Source: Sphagnum compactum | Taxonomy: Eukaryota | Assembly: GCA_965153455.1 (NCBI GenBank) | Contig: OZ234494.1 | Span: forward strand, 7,688,001 to 7,752,000 | Direction: 5' to 3' | DNA length: 64,000 nucleotides | Shown here: one piece after another, positions 50,001-64,000 of the stretch | Position numbering within the stretch: position 1 is the first letter of the stretch | Layout of the letters: the number at the start of each line of letters is the position of its first letter | The notes under the pieces: generated by a model | Database searches by the model: none | What the model saw: the letters and a program-made list of their open reading frames with translations, nothing else | What the model was told of the DNA's origin: nothing | Position numbers and translations under genes: made by a program

Positions 50001-53000
50001 AGAGGTCACATGAGCTTTTGATCATCCGTGAGAGATCTAAAGCATTGCTTCCAACATATGCTGCAGGTAACTGCTTCAGCAGATAGTGCACCACAACAGA
50101 AACTGGATCTAAACCTTCTTCCACACCCTTCAAAGCTCCTGGTCTAAGAGTGACAGCTTGGCACTCTCCAAAAGCATGCCACACATACGCCATTTCTTCC
50201 TGCCCACCACAAACCATATTACAGAATGAGTGGCTGACATCCACATTCACATCAAAGTCATAGCGATTTCTAGCAAAAGTGAAGGCTTGCATATTGCAAG
50301 AGACATCTAACTCTGGAAAACTACACATTTCTCTGAGAGCAAGGAGAAAACCACAATAACACTTTGAAGGTAACCACTATGTCAGTTCCAGCCAAACTAA
50401 AACAAACACAACAAGAATGAGTGCGGTCACATGAGTGTCACTCACAATCTGTGTAATCTGGAACATTAGACATTCAAGTATGAGATCAAGCATGCTTATA
50501 TGGAGTAAGCTCAGTGGACACACAGAAGTTGATGAAGAAACAATGTGTGCTATTCATCCCACATAACAGATAACAATGTAAAACAAGCACAACTATTCCA
50601 AAAAAGAGACACAGATGGGCTGTATAAGATATCAACACAATTATGCATGCACACCTGTAAGAGTGTGCTACTGCACCTGATTTGCATTCTTTAAAATGCA
50701 CTGCATAATCCACTCAATAACAGGCTCCACCAATGACACATATAAACGACGATCCACCCCAGATAAGGTTATGTGCTTGTCAAACTCCCCAGAAAGAACG
50801 CGCCGAAATAGGACGAGAAAGTCATTCAAACCACTGATCAAGTAACCTGTAACACCAAAAGTTAGGTACTTCAACAATGCAGCATCTCAAGCCTAGCCAA
50901 ATTTCTCCATTAATGAAAGTACAATTCCCCATCTATAATTGCAAGTGAATGCTTCAAAAAGAATTTCCCAGAAGCAACTAGTAGAACTGGCAAGATAGCT
51001 CAAGATAGTGAAACTGTTCAGCAAGGTAGGCTCCATCCAGAAGGGCAAAATTGCGACCTCTACTCTGTGGGATTGAAGCAGGTACAGGTAATTGTAGAAA
51101 GCTTATGAGTGCTCCATAACTTTTAAGTGCATCAGATGGACCTGGACACATAGCCACATGTATTGGTTAAATTTGGCATTCACAGCATTGGCACAAATTC
51201 CAGGTCTTTCCTTCACAAGCAGGAAATGAGGCCCAAAAGATCCAAGGGAGTGATGTTATAGGAAACTCAAGAATTTGCACACAATGGGGAAAAGCTTTCT
51301 ACATCTGGTATACTCAATGATGGAATGTACCATGTGGAATAAGCTGCTACAAGAGGACACATTTCAGAAGACTTTGAAGAGTGAAAATCCATAGTGTCAG
51401 TGGTACATTGTATGCAGAACCAAGTGGCAGGGGTTGAGAAAGTGACAGCAAAACCTGTATCTGAAGGAAGAAGAGCTTGGCCATGGCGAGCCAGATAGAG
51501 GTGTGCATACGCAGAAGCCAATGGATCTGACAAGCCCCGCATCATCATTGTTAACCGTTGGATTGAGGCCAAAGGTGGGTCCTTTTCCAAAAAATGCATG
51601 CACCTCAATATTGCAATCTCCAGATAACTGCACAAAAAAGAAGTCTCATGCTTCAGAGTATCAAAATCTGTATATCCAGGCATTATGGTGTACAGAAACT
51701 GCTTCCAGACTGGAGCTGGATGTCAGATCCTTTGCTTTTGGATGAATGAAAGCACAAAAACAAGAGTGACCAAAACTACTGAACGAATCACTGTGGGCCT
51801 GTCAGAAGAGCAGACCATGTAAAAGGAACACCATACTTGTAGATGTGACCATGGACCCCAGGGGGAAGAAACTCCCAGAATACAAGCAATCAAAATTTCT
51901 AAGAGTGACGTCCAATTAAGAGCAAGTCAGTAATCACAAAATGCACATGTTGCACAATAATTCATAGAAATGTAACCACCAGGTGACTCACATGCGAGGA
52001 AGGAGCTCACGGATGCAGCCAATTTTGTAAAACCAGTTGTTGCATGTGTCCTTTGCCTCTTGCCGAACATCATCTGATGTGAAATCCACTGCAGCACACA
52101 GTACCCAAAAAAAATATGACCTCACACCACTGAAATCTAGAATTGAGAACTCAAGGTGAAACTTGTTTGAAAAGCATGAAGGTGTTCACATCTTGTACTG
52201 AAAGCATGTGCAATCTTTAGCAAATGATTGCATGAACGTGGCCACCTTTTTAAAGTGGACAAATTCAGATTCCTGTAAGTTGGGCTAAAGCATTTGCCCA
52301 ATCTACCTCTAAATGCCTTTGAACTGGGATGCCAACAATGGTTCTTGCATGTTTGCACACAAAAAAGACTTGCAGGTAGTCAGATGCCCTACTTCTAGGC
52401 TTTGTAGTTCCCTAAAAATGGATATCAGTCAACAAGTCACACCAGTTCCTGTTCCAAAAACAAAAGCTGGTTTACATGGCACAAATCAACCTACAAATGA
52501 TGACTACATGATTCTTATCCAATTATTTTTCATTACTTTGCATTGATTATATTCCAGTCTCAGTCCCACTCCAGTTTAAAGTGGTGCGGCACCTGGTAAT
52601 GTGGCTATCGAGTTGCCAGCATCATCAATCTCAGCCTTCTTCTTGATTCGAATCCACACCAAGTTGCCTACTGTATCCATGACATCTGTAACCAGAACAA
52701 AAAGAGTAGGATAAAATTGTGGAACTGATGTGTCCATCAAAAGCCTGGCAACCTGTCAGCAAGTCATTATGCAAGTCTCAGTCAATTGACTCCAGGGCAG
52801 AAATTTAGAACCACAAAATTTCAATTAGCACCAGTATGGCTGAGGACACTACTAACATGAGTGTTCTTTGCCTGCGATGAACAAAATTCTTTTCAGAGAC
52901 TGGAGGGTCTGACTACCTTGATTGACAGTCGCAGGGCTGAAACACGCTCATTGTTAAGCCACGCATGGGCAATCTCATTGTTCAGTTCACGCAACCTTGT

Positions 53001-54675
53001 TACATACTCTTGCTGTGATATTATCTTGGTCTCTTCACGAGACTCTTTCTCTGGATCTTCAAGCTCCTCTAAGTGTGCAGCCATCACTGACTTCTTCTGG
53101 CCTACAGCAATCGTGTACAGTGAGAAAAACAGAACTGCAACAAGAGTAATCCATAGTTGATTGAGAGGTACCAACCCACATTCACTTGGAAGCTTAGGGA
53201 GCTGACAGATCAAACATTGCAATAACAGAAATTCACCTCAACATAAACTACACGAACCAAACAGATTTAGGGTTCTGGATTGCAAACGATTTAAAAGCAT
53301 CAACCTAGAACAAGCATACTTTTTCCAAAAAGCGCAAGTTCAAAAGTATAGAAGAAATTGGACAACCTTTTGGCTCCTTGGAGATGATATCGAATGTCTG
53401 CAAAACAAAAACCAAACAAGAAGCTAAGAAAGATCATGCTCCAAACTTTACACCCTTTCAAGTTGCAAGCCAGTGGCATATGCTAAAATGGCAGGAGCGG
53501 AAAATACAACAAGGAGAAGATCGGCTGATTCACAAATTCAAGGCTGAGATGTGTTCTATGACCAACTCATGACATCACTTGGCAAATACAGATGAACAAT
53601 CTTCCTTCCACAAGAAACCCTAGTAGAACACACAGCTTGCAACACCTGCAAGTGCATAATAAAACAATATGCAACTTTGATGGCTGCATCAACAGTGGAC
53701 AGAGAAGAAGAATGAACAACCTATTTAGCAAATGGTTTCAGGAATCATGGAATGGCATTACTCTTAACAGAATGGGACAAACAGATCATGGATGGTTGAG
53801 ATACTTCACGAAACAAAACAAAAGAATGAGACAATCTCTGTGTCGTTTCTTTGGTGAAGAATCAGGAACCAAATATGCATAATAACTACTCATGACCAGC
53901 AATTATACAAAGAATAATATCCTGCTAAATAAGAATGAACTCAGTGAGAGTTCAGGGGGTTATCAGAAAGAGGATTCTTACAGTGGAAACAGTGATGGTA
54001 CCAGTGGATGCAAATCGTTGCATGATAGAAGCTTTGTACAAATCCCATTCTGAGGCCACCGAATCAACAAACTCTTCCCTGGTCTTTTTGGTCGAATGCC
54101 AGGAAGCTCTAGTTTTGGGCATCAATAAGTCTTCAGGTGGGCTTTGAACTGATACTGCCCTAAGAGGGTCATCAATTGCAAAAAAATTCTCCTGCACCCT
54201 TCCATTGTCCTGCAGCCTTGTGCATCAGTGAAATCCGTCAAGATATCTCCATCCTCCAGCACTCTAAACTTCAACTAAAACACCTGTGAGCATTCCAAAA
54301 AACCATCCTAGGGCTTGGGGGAATCTGCAGAAATGCTGATTTGAAATTGCCGTCAATTCACATCAGATGGAGTGAAACCACAAAGCTAGAAGATACAAAC
54401 TCAGACAGCATGAAATCGGCATGCTAATTCAATCTGGCTCCCAAATCAGCCACCACGACCTACATGCACACAAACAAAAACTTAGGGTTTTCACTTACAG
54501 CAGCTCCTGCATTTGATGTTGTAGCTATATCGATGTTTTGATCTCCTCCGTCCCTGTTCTTTTTGTCACTGATGCTTGAAGTCGCTCTAAGAGGATGCTC
54601 CCACCCCGTCGCGGAGTGCCTAGACAACGAGAACTCCAGCTCATCGCGCTTGTAATCCCGCTTGCGGAACTTCAT
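44062..54675 (-). CDS. VPS35L: VPS35 endosomal protein-sorting factor-like (Retriever subunit; C16orf62/UPF0505 family), ~21 exons
   Basis: ATG at 54675 ([11 protein letters not shown]). First exons: 54675-54499, 54209-53982 (DDPLR), 53397-53367 (31-nt micro-exon), 53101-52917 ([21 protein letters not shown]). Later exons encode [101 protein letters not shown] and [11 protein letters not shown]. The last exon ends ..NKLIS* with TAG at 44062-44064. Confidence 0.92.
45125..45223. repeat. Intronic direct repeat, 2 x 42 bp (period 57)
   Basis: CTCAGGAATAGAATGACTG(A/C)TCTGTAC(T/C)ACCAAAATGCAGAG at 45125 and 45182. Confidence 0.85.
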
Positions 54676-54966
54676 GATTCCAACAACGCCGCTACTACTG
54701 CAAAACCAACGAACACACCTCCACACAGCGCGACGACGACGACGACGAAGTACATAGGGGCCAGCGAAGAAGGTTTAACGTCGAAATTATACCGACCCAC
54801 ATAATATACGTACGTACTACGATGTATTTTGATACGTATATGTAATTTAAACGGGGGATTTTCTTTTTTTTAATTCACACTTCAGTTTAAACAATTTGTT
54901 TTCAATGTTTTTAAATTATCAATTTTTCATGAACTACAATAATCTACCATGATATTGTCATATGAA

Positions 54967-55235
54967 TTAGTGTGGCTTGTGCCGGTTGTGAGAAAGGTGT
55001 TTTAAAATTCAAATTAATTTCCAATGATGAAAAATATTTTAAATTCAATATTTCTTTCAACTTAAATCTAGAAATTATAATATCACTTTCAAGAAATCTC
55101 ACTCATCATCAAGGGTTTTCCAACAATATTAAAAACTTGCCCCTTAATATTTCCTTAATATTTTTATTTTTTTGAACTTTTTTTGATAAAACTATCTAAT
55201 TTTCAATAACTCTTGCATTGTAAGTCTAAACCACC
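54967..55235 (-). mobile_element. Degenerate partial copy related to the Helitron-like element at 1471-2031
   Basis: TAGTGTGGCTTGTG at ~54968 matches 1472-1485, and TTGCATTG(T/C)AAGTCTAAAC at ~55213 matches ~1878. Confidence 0.55.
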
Positions 55236-55599
55236 AATTCTAGTTCTTACAGATTTTTAAAAGCCAATTTAGGTCTTTTAAAACTTTGAAATTTTAGATA
55301 TTTCAAATATTGATTTTATTATTTTTAAGTTGGTTCTCAAAGGTGTAATTTTCACAAATTTAATAATTAGTAGTTATATTAAGTAATTTTTTCAAACTAG
55401 TTATCAAATAAATTTTAATAAGTTAAATCAAACCTCAATTTTTTAACAAATATCCAAAATTAATACAAATGAAATTAAGGAATTAATAAAATTTGATCAA
55501 AATGCAAAAATCTTGTTTTCATCATATTTTTAAAACATCATTTATTTCAAACTTTTTTAATTTTTCTTTTAAATCAGTATTTGTCACAATCAATTTTAT

Positions 55600-56815
55600 T
55601 GAATTAAAAAATGAATTACAACTAATCCTAGGATCATTAAGCCAATTTTTGCTCACAAATATCAATTTTTTTGAATTGTTTATTTACAAGCAACAGCTTT
55701 TTAGATTTGTAAGCATCTTAGTTAAAGAAAAAAAATCCTCTTTGTTTGAAATTGTGATCCTACAATAAACATAATTTGATTTGCAAAAAATCCAATAAGA
55801 AAAAACATTGATTCATTCCCCCATCATTGTAAATGACATTTAATGTCCCTCACATCCACTTGGTATTGCTTGAACATCAACAATTCATTGTTAATAAGTT
55901 ACTTGGTTAGTTCAATTGTGTTAATAATCATCTAGAAAATATTTAAACTAAAATCCTCATCAATTAATTGACTTGCCAAAAATTTGAATTTTGCCAAAGG
56001 ATGCATGCAATACATGATAATATTTCAACAACATCAATCACAAAAACCTTTTATCATACTTTTCAACATTAGTTTTATTTTGAACTTGACCAATGAAAAA
56101 AAATTTGATGAAGGTTTTTATATATAAAGTCCAACACCAAAAATAGCATGTTATGGGCTTTTCATTTTTCATATTTTTTCAAGAATGAAAGGAAACAATT
56201 TGAGACACCGCCTACTTCTTTTTTTATGGAATAATAATTATGTAACAACTCCATAATCATTTTCCATAATTTATGGAAGGTTAATTTTCAATTTCTTCCC
56301 TTAATTTCACACAAAATATTGTTAAATACCTATGAATGCAAACACAAAATTAGTTCAACACAAGCAATCACAACAAGAGAAAAATAATCTATAATTATTT
56401 CATAAATATGCCATGTTAGAGGAAGTGGCACACACCTAATCACTCTCACTATAGTTTGTAATAATGCAGCAAATAATAATAGTTTCTTAAAATGTAAAAC
56501 TTTTTGAAAACATTATTATTTTGCTATCAAACCTACAAAACATCATGTAACCAATTGAAATGTTATTTTTCATTATTTAGAAAAGAAAAAAGGTAATAAT
56601 GAAAAATTTGAAAAATAAAAAAATAATTAAAGTTCTTAACACAACCTTGCTTTCATTGGATTTTCCAATTTCCTAGGATGGAGACCAGAATCAACACAAA
56701 TGTTATTCCATTCATGTCTACCCTTGCTAAAATCTTTTAACCAAGTGATGCATTTTTATAAATTTACACGTGTAAACTTGATCGACACATATTTGAATAT
56801 TTTCCAAACTTTCTT
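55600..56815 (-). mobile_element. Decayed hAT transposase, C-terminal half, apparently with a GT-AG intron
   Basis: KCITWLKDFSKGRHEWNNICVDSGLHPRKLENPMKAR, then an AT-rich GT..AG gap (~56645-56533), then FDSKIIMF. Further motifs: AHNMLFLVLDFIYKNL (LDPRFK-like, ~56160-56112), IVGSQFQTKRIFF (S..ER.FS-like) and IFVSKNWLNDPRI (~55665-55625). Confidence 0.7.
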
Positions 56816-57855
56816 GAATGGCCCCTTGAACAATCTCTAAAACCTTCTTTCAATAAGCTAAAATGTTATTTATACAAAACAATTATAATTGTCTAATTGT
56901 TTGGCATGTCGACTATAATAAGATATCATATTGACATCTTGGCATATCGACTTGCCTAATTACATCATCTTGACATGCTTACACTATATACTTTTCCTTG
57001 TCATCTCAACCTAACTACTTATATTAATTTGTTCTTCTACCAATTTGCTTTAACCTTTGTTAGTACTACAATTCTTCTTCCTAATAGGGGCATGAGTCAC
57101 GACGTTGTGCATGGGGAGTTTTACTTTTCCGATTGGAAGTGTGCAATTTTATTTGCAAGCACCATTACCCTCGTTTCATTGGACTAAAATTTTAACAATT
57201 TTTCAAAAATTCGAGCATCGACCTTAGATCATGTAGACATTACAACCTAATCATTGTTGTTCATTGTCGTCTGTAGCATCAAGGTAATATGAAAGGAGAA
57301 CGATGACAAGCAATTGTTTGTTGTGGTTTTCTTTACCAAGGCAACATAAAGGGAATACAACCATTTTCTGTAGTATATCAACACGAAGAAGATGACAATA
57401 AGCAGCTACTCATCGTTTTTTATAGTACAACAAAAAAAGAAGACAAGAATGAGCAGTTGCTTGCCATCGTCTTATAAAACGCAATGCAAAGCCAAAATAA
57501 AAAACTATCAAAAGAGGGTAGGGTGCAAAGTTTACCTGGAGATGAACTTGGAGACGTAGGCAATAATGGTGCAATGGAGCTCATGTTGGAATGAGCAATA
57601 GTGTTAGAGACGAAGTTACACACATTAAAGATGAAGGTGCTCTTGTTGGAGATGAAGTTACACCCCTGTGGCGCAATGGAGTTGCAGGCCCTAGACTGGG
57701 GTTGGAAAGTTTGTAAAATGGGTTTGAAAAAGAAGGGGGACGTTTCTTTTTATAAAACCCGCCCCAATGAAACTGTTGCAGGTGGTTGGCCTGGGTGGAT
57801 GAATTGCCCTCCATCTAAAACGGACTGGTTGGTGCAGGCATGGGGGCTGGTCGGT

Positions 57856-57985
57856 TGTTACACTGGGGAAGGACCTACTATCATGTCAGGGAATTAGGTA
57901 CGCCCTGGAAATCAGGTATGATGGAGCTCCTTGGTAGTTACATTGGGGTAGGCTCTAGTGTCATGTCAGGGAATTACACCCTGGA
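57856..57985 (+). repeat. Imperfect direct repeat, 2 x ~50 bp
   Basis: GTTACA(C/T)TGGGG.AGG..CTA.T.TCATGTCAGGGAATTA..CCCTGGA at ~57856 and ~57937. Confidence 0.7.
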
Positions 57986-59217
57986 GAGTGTAATTTCCAA
58001 GCTGTCAAAAGGGAACTGAGAAATTGAATTAAGTTCCACCCAAAAGATACATAACTTACAAATGACACAAATTCATCTAAAATGTAGAAGGTTAGTCATA
58101 CCCTCGTAGATGCCTCTGGCGCTCAAGAAGTAGGCGTGAGAACCCTCTACCTCCTACGCCCTGGAATCTACATATGTTTAGGTTCATGATAATGTTTGCC
58201 TCTTGCTTGGGTTTATGATGGGGTAAAACCCATGTGTGGGGGTACATTCCCAAAACATGGGGCTGAACATGTGTGATTGACATGTGAAAGGATTAGGTAT
58301 GGCATTATTTTGATAATGCCCAAGGCAATTTCAGGGCCACTTTAGACAAGGATCCAAGGAGCATAGTCCAATGAAATCAAGCATTCCTATTGGTCAAGAG
58401 CTTTAAATTGGTCCCAAGGCCTTTAGACAAAGGTTCACGATCAAGGCAAATCAAATTGTGATTTAGTTTATATGGCATCATTTTTTTAGGGAAAACCAAT
58501 TGGTTCATACCCAAAAAAAAAAAAACTTTAAAGAGAGCTCATGGTTTGGAGAACCAAGGTGTAAGCTAAGGTTCAAAGTTACTTTTTTTTTCCTTTTAGT
58601 TTATTATTTTTTATAATCTTGTTGTTTAAATTTTTTGAAAATGGAAGACATGCTATGGATTGAGAACATTATTGAGAGCATATTAATTCTCTCATTTTTA
58701 ATCAATTCTAAAATTGACATGGCTAGTTTTGTGAATCTTCACAGGGTGGTTAAAAGGAACGCATTTTCAACCTTTTCAAATGTATGAAATGGAATTGAAT
58801 GAGAAGATGGGATAAAAAGTGAAACATTGAAGCATCAATTTTCACAAGTGGAAGGAGATTTGAATTCAAAAGGAGATCCCTAAACTAATTCTCATTTCAA
58901 ACAAGAGAGCACCCAAAAAAAAAACAATTGTGATGAAACATGAAGATGAAAAAGTTGGAAACATAATCCATTGTGTGTAATAAGGGTTTAAATTTTTATT
59001 TAAAAAACCATTAAAAAATAAATAAAAAATCTAATCCTTTCACATGTCAATCACACATTTTTTATGTTGAACCTTTAAATTGAACCCCAAGCCTTTAGAC
59101 ACACTCATTGTACCATAGAATTTTTTTTTAAAAAAAATTGTGAAGAAAGACTCAATTCAAGGTTCAATTCGGTCCCTGGGCTTTTGGTCTCTGGACCCTT
59201 GTCTAAAGTGGCCCTCA

Positions 59218-59357
59218 GTAATGCCCTTGATCTTGGGCTTTACCCTACCCCAAATTACCCATGGGGTGTAGGGTTAAACTCCTTAGGTAGAGGGCATTAC
59301 CAAAATAAGGGCCTGGGTGAAGCGGCCCTTATTTGGATAATGCCCTCAACCTCAGGC
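59218..59357. repeat. Nested inverted repeats (small palindromic MITE-like element) just upstream of AIH
   Basis: GTAATGCCCT (59218) pairs with AGGGCATTAC (59291-59300), with inner ACCCTAC/GTAGGGT arms. AGGGCATTACCAAAATAAGGGCC (59291-59313) can also pair with GGCCCTTATTTGGATAATGCCCT (~59324-59346). Confidence 0.75.
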
Positions 59358-59477
59358 AGGTTCTCTTTCAGGAAGAAGCCAATGGAAATAATAGCAAATT
59401 GAAGGAAAAAAACAGACAAACAAACAAAAGAGAGGGTAAAAATGGTCGTTGAGAAGGAGAGTCGATAGGTACCAAAA

Positions 59478-63735
<4,258 letters not shown>

Positions 63736-64000
63736 TTTTACTGAGTTGTAAGGTCAGATATGAGAGCTGAGGTGCTGTGGTATTTTGTGGTAGGAGTGCT
63801 GGATGTCAATGGTTCAATGGCAAGCAGAGTTTAAGGTACTACATGTTTAAGGAAGATTATAGTAGAAATGATGTCATGTTGTTTGCATCTTAGACACTGA
63901 TCCTAGAACATGACATCAGCCCTGGATGTATGCTAACAAAAATGTAATATGTTTCCTTAAGTCATAACCAGGAGAGAGATAATACCATTGTAACATAAGT

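Overview
Eukaryotic nuclear DNA from a land plant. A moss (Sphagnum-like) is my inference, from the bryophyte-like ccmFC fragment, the TE types and the intron-rich genes. The left half (1-34 kb) is an AT-rich graveyard of nested TEs. It holds a decayed Ty1/copia pol with a 561-bp non-autonomous Helitron inserted in it, a foldback-like inverted repeat array, a mitochondrial ccmFC NUMT, hAT transposase relics, and a decayed Ty3/gypsy gag-pol plus a separate integrase fragment. It also holds a young, full-length, GC-rich LINE (L1/Tx1-like, ~7.4 kb, 16-bp TSD) on the minus strand. The right half is gene-rich. It contains an intronless-CDS Gly/Tyr/Pro/RGG-rich disordered protein gene behind an ABRE/CE3-like promoter, an intron-containing 5'-truncated RPL4 pseudogene, a ~21-exon VPS35L gene (minus) and an agmatine deiminase (AIH) gene (plus). 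The most unusual feature is the LINE's termini: no poly(A) tail, a 3' stem-loop, and the last 17 nt of the element (AAAAGGGGTTCACCCTG) repeated at its 5' end, with the final 6 nt identical to the target site. All calls come from reading the sequence and translating by hand; no database search was run.
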